From: Lepidodermella squamata
Lineage: Eukaryota > Animalia > Gastrotricha
NCBI GenBank assembly: GCA_047495785.1
Contig: JBLDXI010000028.1
Location: 868,001 to 932,000 of the forward strand
Length of the DNA: 64,000 bases
Reading direction: 5' to 3'
The position numbers and the translations under genes are program-made. Of the stretch, positions 1 through 14,600 are shown piece after piece. Under the pieces are notes generated by a model. The model worked only from the letters and a program-made list of their open reading frames with translations. It was not told the DNA's origin and searched no databases. Each line of letters opens with the position of its first letter. The first letter of the stretch is position 1.

Positions 1-1
1 T

Positions 2-616
2 GGTTACAAATCAAACGGAACGTATTTGATCCAGCCAACGACAAATTCACGACCAGTAATGGTTGCATGTGAAATGGATACTATCAGCAACAAAGGTTGG
101 ACTGTTTTTGCTAAGCGATACTCTGGAGTTTTAAGATTCCATAACCGGTTACTCTCTGAGTATCAAAACTTCTTTGGCTCGCCCAGTCATGAATACTGGA
201 TCGGCCTTGATACGATGGTTGCTTTGACAAATCAATTCAACTACACCTACGCCTTTGACGGGGGAATTTTTAGTTCATCTTTGCCATCGATTGTTGGCAA
301 CACAAACCAGAGATTGGTCATATCTCCAGCAAGCAGTAACTATCGCATTGTCCTATCCCAAGTTGGCACGATGACAACGACAATGTTTAATCAACCATTC
401 CAAGCCAGGGATTCGGGCGATTCGCCCTGCTTAGCCGCGTTCGCTTTTGCAGGTTGGTGGTACGGAGCTTCGCCAAATTGTGTCGACGGCATCTTGACAG
501 CCCCTTATCGACCCGGAGAGGCACTTTCTACCGCAAAACTTGGCATGTACGCCAATGATTTCAATGGCACTGTCGTTGGCTTGTCATCTATGAAGTGGCG
601 CGTTACCCAAATATGA
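2..616 (+). CDS. Fibrinogen C-terminal (FReD) domain protein, 3' part; 5' end lies outside the window
   Basis: Frame is open from position 2: GYKSNGTYLIQP..VACEMDT..GWTVFAKR..FGSPSHEYWIGLD..GWWY..C..G. These are FReD hallmarks. Stop TGA at 614-616. Confidence 0.85.
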   Translation, partial: GYKSNGTYLIQPTTNSRPVMVACEMDTISNKGWTVFAKRYSGVLRFHNRLLSEYQNFFGSPSHEYWIGLDTMVALTNQFNYTYAFDGGIFSSSLPSIVGNTNQRLVISPASSNYRIVLSQVGTMTTTMFNQPFQARDSGDSPCLAAFAFAGWWYGASPNCVDGILTAPYRPGEALSTAKLGMYANDFNGTVVGLSSMKWRVTQI

Positions 617-1079
617 TCTAAACTTCGTCTTGAACGCTTTCTTGTTACATTTACTTCAAAAAGATACCTTTTCAAGTTGCTTGATGTGCTTTCAGTTGGC
701 ATTCTTTCGGCGTAGCACTTCTGTTATCAATTTTTACTTCCTGACTGCAGATACCAAAATATTACTGGGCGAATTTAGATATAATACATTCTGTCGAAAC
801 GAAAAGATTTGAGGAAATCTAAGTGCCATTAAACTCCTCATGAACTTCGAAAGTTGTCAAAGAAAACATAAAATCCGAAGCGATGCATATGAAGCAGCTA
901 AAATACCAAAATTGCCGAACCATTTCTAGCGGGTTTTACCGGTAAACGCTTTTGGCGGCTTTAATTTAGTAGAAGCAGCTATATTATTTGCATGAACTTT
1001 AAATCTCAAAAAATTATTGAGAATCTCTGTGAACAAGCCACTACAGGGTTATATAAGATCACTCCTTGAACATATAAAA

Positions 1080-1474
1080 TCGAGTGCCCGGAACAAAAAC
1101 CATGACATTTGTTTTTTTCAAACGTTGATGAACCCCTGACATTTAAAAGGGACTGACATTTATTTCGGGCCTGACATTTATTTATCCGAACCAATAAGTA
1201 ACTGCCTAGGTAACCAAAATGGCATACATTTCCCTGATATTTTACGTATTTTGACCCAAAATTGGTCCCTGACCTTTCTAGATGCTAAGAGTAGAAATTA
1301 GCTCCATTCGGAATGGCTATAATGACCTCATTAGTGATCTTCAGTATTGTCCCCATATTGACCTGACATTTATTTCGGGCCTGACATTTATTATTTCGAA
1401 CGACCTCTAACCTCTGACATTTATTTGAGGCTGTCATTTATTCGAGGCTGACATTTTTTTCGGGCAGTACGGTA
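1080..1474. mobile_element. Non-autonomous DNA transposon (MITE) remnant, Tc2/pogo-like end
   Basis: About 9 copies of a CTGACATTTA(TT) subrepeat. Right end CGGGCAGTACGGTA (reverse complement TACCGTACTGCCCG) has a degenerate match GTGCCCGGAA near 1082. Confidence 0.5.
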
Positions 1475-2563
1475 GTATAAAAAGTAGTATTTGCTGTTCC
1501 TTGACATTCTAATTTGAAATAAAATAAGACATTTACGAGGCTCGCCTTTATTCATTCAATGAGACTTTAACTTGTAAAACTTCAGCTCGAATCGGCAGTT
1601 CAGCACTCCGCAAGATGTGGTAACTTTGGAGAAAGAGAACTTTAATTTTCCGGTAACTATCGTATAAGTTTCTCCGATCAAGCAATGTCGAAACCTCCTA
1701 GGCCTTAAGCCTTTCCTAATTTTTCTCCATTTTTTGACAGGCGTCCAATATGGATGTTTTCGAAAAGCTCTCTTCAGATCGCTGTTCTCTGAGAATTACT
1801 CCAAAAAGCGTTTTCTACTGCGCTTAGAGTGGTTTCGTTTTAGAGAAACGGGGCAAACATCAACTTTTCCATTCCGGAAACATTTAGCCAGAAAAGCCAA
1901 TGTTAGAAGTCTCAGGCCGCTCGAGCTCTCTGAATCTCTTCCTCTATAATCCCAGGTGAGTTTAATTATTGAACAAAATCAAAATTGCATAAATGAGGTC
2001 ACAATTTTAAGAACTGCTGTCCGGTAGAAAGAAGAAGTTCACGAACGAACAAATTCATCACTTTCAAGTATACCTGTATTTTCGGTTGGAGCAACGTCGC
2101 AATTAAAACTTACTGCTTGGAGAACGTAGGGATCACTAAGCCTATCATAATAAATATTCGTCCTACTAGCAACTAGCGCATGGTTTCTTTATCGAAGCTC
2201 TTGCAGTTTCTTTGTTTTTTCGTCGCCGCGAATTTTTGAAGTTAACAAAAGCGAGCCGTAATTTTGCGATGTTGCATCGGATGATGCAAGAGTCGTTTAT
2301 TTGCGTTCTAGCCGTTTAATTTTTAACGAAGCGACTTCTCCCTCCTTATCACAATGAAGGTATTGTTAACAAGCTCGAAATGAATAGCAGCTATTGAATA
2401 ATTAAGCGTATCTAAGCCGAAAAGGCATTGTCGCTATTTGCCTTGCGAGTCGAGGCGCTAAGCTCATCAATCACTAATGAGGATGAATAACTGCGAACAA
2501 AAAAGTCATCGAACCTGTGAGCAAACAAGCCGGAGGGGTGAAAAAAACGAATTTTCTGAACCG

Positions 2564-2575
2564 GGGTATAAAAGG
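2564..2575 (+). promoter_or_regulatory. TATA box of the polycystin-1-like gene
   Basis: GGGTATAAAAGG about 100 bp upstream of the ATG at 2671. Confidence 0.6.
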
Positions 2576-2670
2576 CCTGAAAGGACGATAGAGTTGCTAT
2601 CCAACCTGTGCGTTAAATTTGTTTGTACGAGTTGGATACTCAACTTGCGAAAAATTCTGTGAATCAAAAA

Positions 2671-5600
2671 ATGATAGCCGTTAAAGCGGCTGTTATCCTG
2701 CTAGTAAGCAGTGGATTGTTCTCGGGGGGCAATGGTCTCAGCTACTGCCCGCCTGACTGGAAGGAGATTGATTACAACTGCGTAATTTTCACGTGGAGTT
2801 CTCTGACAGGAGGTTAAAATTTGTGTATTACAGCACTATTGGGTCTCAACCCCAATGACGTGGTTCGAAGCTGAAGCCGCGTGCCAGGCTTTGTATCCCG
2901 GCGCTCATCTGTCAACCATCAGAGCTGATTGGGAGAACAATGTTCAGACCTACCGTAGTGACTACGCTAACCAAGGCATATGGATAGGTCTTCGTTATAA
3001 CTCGAGCAGCACGACTACTCAGCCCGGCTGGGCTGGAGTCACTGGGGCCAATTGGCCATGGGTGCCATGGGGCTGGACACCCTCAAGCACGAATGGACAG
3101 TGCGCCCGTATAGCCCCTGCAACTTGGACCTGGCAGTCTGTGCCTTGCACCGACAAGAACACCTTTGTCTGCAGCGTTTGTAAGTTCAATTACATCGGCA
3201 GTTGGCGATACATTGAAATATCATCATCAATATAATAACAGATACCCGATACCAACAAGTTAACACTGAACTATTCGCATCATTTAGCCGACTCCACGGT
3301 GCCGCTGATTGGTACAGTGATCGTAATAGGTGGTGGGCCGTACAAGACGGCGCCCCAAACAATGTCACCCTAGCTGAAGGCCCGTTCGGTCGGCCTGATA
3401 CCTCCTTCGAGTTCCGAGCTGATGCGCAATCTTACGTCGCTTTTACTAACTCAACTGATGCCATCAACTATATCGATCGCAACTTCTACTTTATGTTCTA
3501 CCTGTACAGAACAAACGCATCTGTCGGGCCGATTATCCAGTATCGATGGAATACAACGCATTACGGATTCAATATTTGGTCCTTCAACAACGGCAGTCTC
3601 TTGATCGACCTTGTTCAGCGTTCCGATAACGGCCCTCTCATTGGAAACCCAGCATTTCAGGTTAGCATCCAAAAAGCTCATGTTATATAAACCAGTGATT
3701 CACATCATGGTTCACTCAATAACTCTTGAGATAGCTTTGAGGGCTTAGAGAGAAGAGCAAGGATATTTAATATACATCCATTAAGACTATTGTACCGCTG
3801 ACATTTTTATCGGTTGTGTACTATGATATCCGTAATATCCGGGTGTGTATCATAGGCGGATCGGCCTAAAGGAAAAATATTCATCGATGTCCACAGATAA
3901 GAACCGATAACTAATGATATCACGTGAAAATGTGAGTAATATCCTAGCTGCTGGTTGAAGATCCTTGTATTTTGAGGCCGATTCGTATCATTCTAGTCTG
4001 CAAATTTACATGCTTTTTCTAACAATTTATTCGTTACCTTTCAACAGGCTTTGGTACCTGAAACTTGCGCTCCGCTTAACCAGTGGAGCTACTTGTTTGT
4101 CCTGTACTTCCTTGGCAGTAATGGGCTATTGATTGTTCGGAATGGACTCACGATGAAAGACTGTTACCTCAAGAACTTCCCCGGCTTGCGCCTTGAAATG
4201 TCACGTGGTTTCGATGTCGGTCGTCGATTGCTGCCAACAGCAGCTCAGCAAATCGAACAAGCCAAGCCGTGGCCGGCACTTTACACTGACCCCACCAGTG
4301 TAACTACAACCAGCGCAGATGCTGTCTATTTCACTGGTCGTATCGCATGTTTGTTAACTGGCGAGGAGGTCCCAAGTTTTTTCGCCATAGGCGAGTCCAT
4401 GAGGTGGTGCGAGTCTGTGTTAAAACAGCAGTTTGAGGACCAACCGATGGCGAGGCGTCAGGGCATTAACTTCGTTCGCGAGGCGGAACTCATCGGCTAT
4501 TGGCCCCTCAATGACTTCTACGGACATCGCGAGGCTTCGGGCGAAACTTTCACCGGCTCATTTCTCGTAAAACTAGGAAGACTAAAAAATTCTTTTATCT
4601 GAATGATTTATTTTCAGGGCTCGGCACCGAGCTACGCGTACGGCCCCAACGGTCGTATCAACGGAAGCATGATTTTCGACGGTGCCAGCACAGCTATCAG
4701 CTTGAACTCGGCCCCAACACAACAAGTCTTAGCTGCTTCAATGACCCTGCTTCGGAAGTCCTTCACCATCGCATTTTACGTCAACTTGAGGGCATCTGAC
4801 GATGGCGGGGCTCTGGTAAGCTTCCACAGGCATTCGCAGCCCCGAGTTCCCGACTATCAAGCAACTCAGATTAACATCGTTCGGAATACACTTGCCATTG
4901 AAGTTATATTGCCGAGATTTGGCGGATTCGGTCCTCTTGTTGCTACGGCAAGCTTTGCGAACTGCTTGGCTGTGAATTCTTGGACTCATGTTGCTTTGGT
5001 TTTCGACTACACCAGCGCGACTATGACTGCATATTACAACGCAACGGCGTGCGGGTCGCCTCAGAGCCTAACAAACACTCCGCTGGATATCGAAACTGGC
5101 TCAAACATTATCATTGGGCGGGCGGTTTACGGTTCAACAAACGACTCGTTCCGCGGGAAAGTTTCATGTTTCTCGGCTCATGCTGCTGCGCTCAGTGTTG
5201 CGGAAATCACGGCAATAATGGGAATATGTGGTCCGGTTTTGGCGTCAGGAGTCACCAGGGATGCTGCGCTATATAAACCTCAACACCTTCGGTTTTTCTT
5301 ACCACTCACTCGCAATTACGAACTCAATGACGTGTCTGGTAAGCGGCAACATGGTGTTGCGCGTGGATATGTCGGTTATAGTACGGGACCGTTAAACCAA
5401 CCCTTCACATCGGTGAGACTCCTTCACGAGCCGAACAGCGCTATCGACATCGGGCTGACTGTAAGAGAAAGCATGCAGTCTGTATCAACTAATGACTCCT
5501 TCACGTACATGGCATATCTGTACTCGTGGCCAAATCGCGATAATAACTTGCCTTACACTTTTCAAACAATTTTTAATATGTACGACCCGTTAGATGGAGG

Positions 5601-8600
5601 TCGCGGTGTTTACGTGATGGTCCGAGACGATATTCGAGCCTTTCACATTATAATGATTCACAAAGGCCGAACTTTCTCAGAAATCAACGCACCTCTCACA
5701 GATTTTCCAACCTTAATAAGCGGAGCGAAGTGGCACTGGTTTGCCTTCCGTTACAGCAAGAACACGCGTCGGATCTCAGTGTTCGTCGATGGCAAGCAAA
5801 TTGTTGATGTTCAATACAGCTTGATCCTGACGAATCTTTACTCCGGTCTGCGTATCGGTGGTTTCGCTGAGGATAATTACCGCTGGACAGGCAAAGTCGC
5901 ATGTGCTACGGCTTACGATACGGATTTAACAGAAGCTGAAATAGCAATGGTTCGCGACATGTGCCACGCACATTTGTTGGCTGGCCACCCAGCCCCAGCC
6001 GACCCTGCTACTTGCTATCACTCAACCAACGGATACGAGTACCGCGGCAACATATCGTGGACAGTGGACAACATTCCGTGCGACGTCTGGCCTGCTACCT
6101 TTTTACCTGAGAGTTTCCCTGATTCAACACCCGGCCGCCGCTGCCGTAATCCTGACATCAACTCAACTCTGAGTAGGAACAAACCTTGGTGTTACACTAA
6201 TACGGCAGCAGGCACGTGGGCGTACTGTTCCGTTCCAAAATGCGATGATACAACAGCGCCATTCCACGCTCCTGAAGCTGTTCTTGGCTATTGGCCTATG
6301 AGCCGCACATACGGAGGGTTTGATGTGAGCGGCCATGGCTCTCATTGTCGCCAAGCGACTGACGCTACGCCCACCACTGGCCCGTGGGGTATAACTGACG
6401 GAGCAATGTTCTTCAAAACTTCAACTCAAGGGTACCTATTGGCCCAGCACAGCGGTTACACAAACTACGTTGATTTGTTGGATATTGGTGAGTTTTCGAA
6501 ATTTCAACAAAAAAGTGTTAATTAATCACTCGTCAAAATGCAGGTTACAAACCGACGTTGCGAGGGTACTCGTATACACTTCAAGTGGCTATGATGACCG
6601 GCGGAATTGCGCAGTCAGCAGTTCTTTGGTCGTGGGAAGAAGGCTCAGGCGAGGGTGGTCGCTGCGGCCTGCAATTTCGGATCTACGGTGGAAATAAGTT
6701 CGGAGTGAGGGTCTGTGATCGACCATGGCGAACTTGCCGCGATTTGCAATGCGACACGCCGTTGCTCGCGAACAACATCTTCTACCAGTTCACATTCGTC
6801 TACGACAAGGAGAAAGGCGTTTTCCGCTTGTACGTCAACACCGTGCAATGTATGACCTTTACCTACGACTTGACGTACAACGACGGCCTTTTCTCATATG
6901 CTGGCTCATTCAAATTCGGAATGCAACACGGATACGGCGGCAGCAACGTCGCCCTAGCCTGTGCAGCAGTCTACACGATCCCACTCACTGCAAATGACAT
7001 CGCGGTAATCCAGGATAAGTGTAAATTCATCCTCCAGGGCAACGCTGACGATGCCCTGTTGGGTGGAGCCATTCGCCCAACTGCGGTTTGGCCTCTGAGT
7101 GCTCAGACTAACGGCTTGAACTCACGCTCGGCTAACCACGCACGTGTCGGCATGGGTTCTTTTGTAACTGGACCTTTCGGCCTGCCAAACAGCGCTCTGT
7201 CCTTCCCTGGTTCACCTGGCCAATACGTGTGGGCTGGCCAGGACTACGCTCGAAATCTCGACGTCTGCGCGTTCAGCCGTTCCTTTACCATGTCAACATA
7301 TGCGCTAGTTCGGGGCACCGGCGTTGCCATGTCTTTCGCGACTCTCATGGATAATATTGACGATAACATAAATGCGGTAGATCGCGGCAACAAATTGGCT
7401 TTCCTGAACACCCAGAATGATATCTTCTTCAGCATGAATGACGGTTCGAATTTCTACAACCCAATTTCTAGTGGATCAGCCAATTTGGGAGCTAAGTGGA
7501 TACATGTTTCAGTTAGCTACGATTACCGTGCGGATAACTTCTTCGTGTTTTATAACGGCACAAGAGTGTATCAGCAGTGTAAGTTTCCCATTAGAACCAA
7601 TTGTTAATCTCTTTTAATCTGTGCCCTGAAACAGTCGGCATCCGTGGCTACTACTGCCAGACTTCAGGTTCGGTTTCTCTCGCTCGCAACGCCTACCGCC
7701 CCCTCACCCTGAGTGCATCTCCGCAACAATTCACCGGGGCTTTATCTTGCGCTCAGTTGTACACAGGCGGCATGCCATCAGCGGCAGCTGTTGCCCGATC
7801 TCAACGCTACTGCTCGCACCCTGACTATGTCGGTTGCTACATCTACCAACCCGCAGCCAACCAATTCGTTGCGAGCGCTGGATTCTGGTCAGGCGCCGCC
7901 CTGACTGTCGATGATTGCCGGAATGGCTGTGGCGCCCGTGGTTTCCGATTTGCTGGTCTTAAGAATGGCAACACTTGCCTTTGTGGCAACGGATATGGTT
8001 TAGTCGATGAACCTCGCGGATGTTCCATGCCATGCACTGGTAATTCCAACCAGTGGTGCGGAGGTCCTCGCCACCTCTCAGTATACCGTTCAACTTTCAC
8101 CAGAACTGTAACAGCGCCAGCTATTAGAATGGTTGACTATGTTTCATGCCTACCGGGTTGGACGGCTAGGGGAGCCTCTTGCTATCGTGTTTTTTCAACC
8201 CGAGTCACGATGGTAAACGCTATCCAAACGTGCTGGAACTACGGTGCCCAACTCGCGATGATCAACGATGCCGATGAGAACAATTTCATTGGCTCAATAA
8301 TTCCATCAACATTGCAGGCGAGTGACTTCGTTTGCTTCGGCTTGAACGCAACAGTAGGCGGCCAGGCAAAAGCTAGTCCTATGGACGGAACTCAGTCGTA
8401 TTTCTACGCGAATTGGGCCACAGGCCAGCCGGCGAATCCTAACTGGTGGGCTTGCATGCTAGTCACCAATCGCCAGTGGATAGCACAGAACCCTGCTGGG
8501 GCGTATGCTTTTGCCTGCAAGAAGCAAGCCGGGCCTTACACGGACAGGTTTACTAACACTCAATGTGCGCCTGGTTGGGCACGATTCGGCGACTCCTGCT

Positions 8601-11600
8601 ACTTCTACCAGTCTTCACTAGTTTCATACCGAAATGCGGCTCTAAACTGCTCTCGCTATCCGGGCGGTTCTCTAATCAAATTGACATCTAGCGCGCAGTT
8701 CGCATTCTTGCAGAACCTTACCGACTGGCAGCGTCCATTCTGGATTGGTCTGGAATACACTAGCGTAAGTTTGATTTGAGTTGAAGCTTCAAATTTAGAT
8801 ATATCGATTTCAAAACAGAATCAATGGCTTTGGGCACGTGACAACACCCAGCTGAATTCGTCTGTTTTTGCATCGTGGGCTGGTAACGAGCGCTTCGAGG
8901 TTACAATGCGCCGATGCGCTTATGCCGATTCTCGGACGCAATATGACTGGTAGATTTGTTTTAAGTAATTTAAAATGATTAGAACATTTCCGTTGTTTCA
9001 GGCGAGCTGCTGAATGCGATGGGCAAAGGCGTTTAGCGTACATCTGTCAATACGATATTCCGGCCACCTCGAGCCTAATCGGTCTCTCATCCGGTCGCAT
9101 TGCCTCTAACCAAATAAGTGCAACTGGTTCGGCAACTGGCACTACTCCTGACATGGCACGTCTTGGCAATGACGCAGCTTGGTGTGCACCCGATGTAACA
9201 ACGTCGTCTCTTACAATCGACCTGATCGACACGTATAGTATCACTGAGGTTTGGTACCACGGAAGCCCAACTGCCTCAGAGTGGGTGACGAACTTCGTCC
9301 TCGAATACACGTCGGATCGTGGCCAGACTTGGAATGTCTACTCTTGTGACAGCACTAATGATAAAATTGCTACAGGAACAGCAGGAGCTTGGTCGGCTGT
9401 CACTGTAAGGCATTGATTGACTAATTTTTAAATTACGAATGAGTCGGTTATTTTAGTGTTCAACAACGAATCCTCTGCTATTGCCAATGAATACCGATGC
9501 TGTAACTGTTCGCAAGTACCAGTTAGGAGTGACAGGACTTGTTGCTAATGGTCTAAGAATCTCCCCCAAAAGTGCCAACGGCCGGCCGTGCATGAGAGTC
9601 GACTTCGTTGGAAGCATTAAACGTAAAAGAGTTGAACATATTCCTGGATATTTTAACCCAGATTCACTTTTACAGAGGGAGTTGATAGCCGAACAATCCG
9701 CCTTGCTAACCGCCCAGTACGTTTCCAACTTGCACGCCTCGCGGGTGCAGGCATTCGTTACTCCGTGAATACCTATGTTGACGAGGGGCGAAGAATTTTG
9801 CGGTGGCAGCCAACTGGCGTGCCGGTTGACGTCATTGACACGTACGAGTACGTCTACATCCCACGTCACGTCGGCAAGCAGCGCATTGTTTTCGGCGGGC
9901 AAGATTCCGAGGGCAAAACTCACGAATTGGCATATCAATTCACCACGGCGACCAGAATGCAATCTCTTGTTCTCAACATGTGCCCTAAAGCTGTTCAATG
10001 GGACACATATGCCGCTTGTGAGGTGCGTATCATCGGAGCAACTGCTGTTAGCGTTACAACCGATTACGGGTTCGAAACACATCCAAATCGAACTATGACC
10101 GCGCGGCGAGTTGAGGTCGGCCAAACAACCCCAGCCTCAGGCTCGACGGTTGCCCAGGATCAGGCTAACAATATCTACCTGATGCCGAACATGGCTGTTC
10201 GAGACAATGCGACCGTCTACGGTATTGAAGCAATGGTTACAACAGCTGGCTGGATCACCGTCCAGCTTTACCGCCCGGTTTGTACTACAAATGGGACCTA
10301 CTTCTGCCCGATCTGTCACTGCTGCGTGTCAGTTAATGCTACATGCATTGCTCAGCGTGCTTGGGACTCGATTTCATGCAGTGCTACGGCGACTGTCAAG
10401 AATCCGAACCCGAACTGCACGTCCCCTAACTCGGACTCGACATCGAAACCTGGCTACTTTACTGGAAACAACCCGCGCATGGACTACGCTTTTGTCACCG
10501 AGTGGCGGAAGTACTTCGCAGCGACAGGGGTCCAGTTCGTTCAGCTGGATTCCTCTGAAACTATGGAAATAACTCTGGGCATGGTTATCGCCTACTACCG
10601 GTCGCCGAATGACGATGGCACCATTGCAGCATACGCCTCGACCAACATCAAGGAATTCTTCTTCCTCGACTCCACTCCTGGCTTTTCGAATAGAGTGAGT
10701 CAATTTTGTTATTTTTACTGAGTCATACCTTAATTTCGATATTTCAGTTTCCGGGCTTTGTGATCGGGAAATCGAGTGCCTCGCAAACTAGCTTAATGCA
10801 CATGTTGAAACTGGTCACTTATACATCTATCGGGGTTTCGTTCGGCCGCCGTTGGGGCATGGTAGATGCTGGTTTGCAGACAATCAACATTGCTGTTCGG
10901 GACTTGTACCACCCTACCGCTGTTGCGACTTTCAGTTACGACCTCGACGTCCAACGCATCTGCAGTGATTACGTTCTGGTCTACCCGCCAGTAGTCGACG
11001 CTACGACTATCGTGAAATTCACCGTTCCACCGCATAACGGCTCAAAATGCTTCTACAGCATCGATTTTGGCGATGATTCGGCCCCGTTGAATTTCAATTA
11101 CACGACTCGTAACGGCTCACTGACCCACGTTTTCAAGCTTGACGGTGTCTTCAACATGACCATGCGAGTCTGGAATTTTATCGCCTCGAGTCAAGCCTCG
11201 TCAACAATTACAGGTCAGAAATAAATGGCTTTTTCGATTATTTTCATTTTCATTGCTTTCAGTGGTCTTCCCTGTCAAGAAGGCCTACATGGTGATGGCG
11301 AATCCGCCCGTAACAGAAATGACTCATACTTCGGCCGTAATTTTGACCTTCGCGCAAGTCAGCAGTGGCACAACAGTTGTTGGTATCGATTCCAATTCGA
11401 CTTCAACCGCATTTCCCGGGACAACTATCTCCCGATCATTCGGAATTTGTCCGACCGGATGGACGTCTGGCACAACTGACATCGGTGTCGATGCTTGCTA
11501 TAGGTTTTTTGCGATGTCTTTGCAGTACGATCGCGCGATGTCTTTCTGTGCATCACAAGGCGCTTACTTGTAATAATCATTTTGTCATGATCACCATCAT

Positions 11601-14600
11601 TTTATTTGAATAATGATAACAGAGCGACTGTTAATACGGGTGCGGAACTCGACTTCTTGAAAACAGTGATGACTCAAGCAAACGCTGGGACTGATGGCGG
11701 AGCTTGGCTGGTATGATCTTGGTTGAACAGTTTGAAATGATAATTACTCGATATTTCAGGGCTACAATCAACTGCGAGACGGTTCAAATTTCTGGGTCTC
11801 TGAGGACGAAAAGCGCAGTTTGATCACTCCCTTCTGGCAAGAAACCTCAGCCGTTTACCCCATTGCTGGCGGCGGTCGATGTGGCTACTATGACTACGCT
11901 AGCAGGCGTGTTCAAAATGATGATTGCATGAAACCCCGAGGCGTCTTGTGCAAACGTGAGACCGCTATAGCCAAATTTTGCGGACCCACCCCCGGCTGGC
12001 AGTACGACACAGTTACAAACCGGTGTTACAAAGTCTACACCACAACTGGAACCTACCTCACCGCAGTGCAGACATGTCGTGCAGCCGGTGGAATAATCAC
12101 GTACCCTGAATCCGCTAATGTCTTCTCAAAAGTGCTGAAGTGTATTAATGCAGCGAATCCGAACTTGCAATATTTCCTCGGAATGTTGCGAACCAGCAGT
12201 ACTGCTGCGCTTGCGTCATGGCGAGCGTTTGATGGCTATCAAGACTCAGGGCCTCAATATACGAACTATGATACGGGTCACCCAACTTATGGCCAGGGCG
12301 ATAACTGTATGACAGTGCGAGGCTCGACAACGCTGTGGCGAACGTCATCATGCTCCGACGCAGCCGCCTTCGTGTGCGAGAAGCCGATCTATGGCTTGAA
12401 GGCCAATCGTTACTTCTCTCGTATAGCCAGTCGCCGGTATATTGTACCGAAACCTCAGCAGGTTTCTTGCCCAGCGGGATGGACCCTTAGCCCAACGACT
12501 TCAACATGCTTCAAACTGGTGACCATGCAAAATCTCACAGCTGCCAATGCTGATGCCTACTGTTTGAGCACTTTTGGAGGCCATCTAGCGACAGTTCGAA
12601 CTGCGGCTGATCAGGCTATATTTTGGACGAATATTCTCGGCAGTGGCACCGTCACAGCAGGAGTGTGGATCGGTTACGCTCAAGATTCGGCTTCGAAGTG
12701 GGCATGGCGTGATGGAACTGATGCTACAACGGTATTTTAAGTTCAAAGCATGATAGAAGCTCGTTATTAATACTTGCTGATAAATAGGATACCACAGAGA
12801 ATTGGGATGTGAACCAACCGAACTCGAATGTTGCAGCGCCAGCTTCTGCATTCTACGCTGCCGGCACTAATGCCTGGCGATCAGGTTCGACCAGCCAGAC
12901 GATGGGGTTTGCATGCTCGAAACCAGCTGTTGGCGATTGGAAAATCTGGGCAGGCTCGTGCCCGGCCAACTACGTTGAATACGCTGGCCGGTGTTTCCGC
13001 TTCAAAGGCACTACAGCGTCTGTCAGTGCAGCGTCTGCTGACTGTATGAAAGAGGGTGGCGGCCTAGCTGATATTCTATCACAGGAAGACTGGGCGTTCA
13101 TGAAGGGCATGCTACCTGTTGCTGTGAATAACGCATGGATTGGGCTTGGCAAAGATGCGAGTGGGAATCGGATATGGATGAGTGATGTTCGCGACAAGTC
13201 TGGAAGTGGATTCAACGTGAGTTACACCGGCTTCCTAGCATCTAGCCCGGGTTCTCAATCCTGTGGCTACTTGTCTCGTGCGAAAAAACTGGCCGTGATG
13301 TCTGATATTGCTTGCTCAACGACTCTGTCTTACATCTGTGAACAACCAGCCGCAATTTGCCCACCAGGTTGGACGATTTGGGGCGGAGCTTGCTATCGAT
13401 CTTACCCAACATCCATGCGCGTTCAGGCCGGCACAGACTACGACACAGCTCGCGCCATGTGCCAATACGTTGATTCACTGCCGATTTCACCAATATCGCA
13501 GGAAGAGATGAATTTAGTCAGTGGGTTGGCTGGAAGTGGACAGTCATTCGCGACCGGCTTCCGACGACTTACTTCTTCGAAAAATTTCACTGATCTGTGG
13601 GGCCGGCAGAGCTTTTTCGCTGGGACAGCACCGGGTACAACAGGAAATATATACGGGGTTTTCTCGGGCGCTGTGATGCAATGGATTGCAGACACTTGGC
13701 CCAGCACTGTTGTTTGTCAGACGCCGTCTCGTCTAACAGCTGATACTTGCATGCGCGAGTGCCTTGCGACTAGCGAATTCAATTGTAATGCTGTTGACTA
13801 CAGCGGAGTAGGTTGCCAGTTCACGCAAGCCCAGCCCTCTCAAGATTGGTCCGGACTACGCGAAACATTCGGACGCAGCGACCTGTACGCCATCCGCAAC
13901 GAGATCTGCCCGGATGATTTGGTACCCGAAGCTAACGAGCTTGAATCGCCGTCAAGCAGCGATATCAGCCTGAAAGCCAACCTCACGCTTGGAAATGGTG
14001 GGTACGTTGTGGACGCGGACTCAACCGACCCACTTCGGATTGGATTCGACAACTCAATCTGGCTTACGGCTTTGCAAATTGCTCGAAGCAGCCCAGGCGC
14101 TACTAGTTACATCATGACATTCAAGTTGTACTACACATTCGACCGTGAGAATTGGTATTTCGTCCAGGTAAATTTCTATTTTTTCGATAGGCTTTAGCAT
14201 ACTCTGAGATAAATAGGACCAGCGCGGCGTTGACACGGTTTTCAGCGGCTTGGATAAGGACACGTCAATAGCCACCGTTCGCCTACCCAAGGCAATTGTT
14301 TTGAAAGAGATGAAGATCATTCCAGTGACATGGAACGTGGCTCCGAGTTACTCCCTTCGCCTTATCGGCTGCCATGCCGCGATGTTCACCGACTATGCCG
14401 ACTACAAGTACTCTCAGTCGGGTTCCTTTGCAATCACGGGGACAATTTACAGCCCTGCAAACAACATCACAATGGACCCTTTGACCCTTAACGTTCAATC
14501 ACGTCTGGGACAACTCACAATTCCCAAAATCGCACCGCTGCCATTCGGCAACTGGGCCCAGGTTGGATTCACCTACACCGAGGTTCAATCTTTCAGCTGG

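Noticed and set aside
1130-1470. Regularly recurring CTGACATTTA repeats as a CRISPR array
   Set aside because: Repeats are too short, spacing is irregular, there are no cas genes, and the context is eukaryotic. Fits transposon subterminal repeats.
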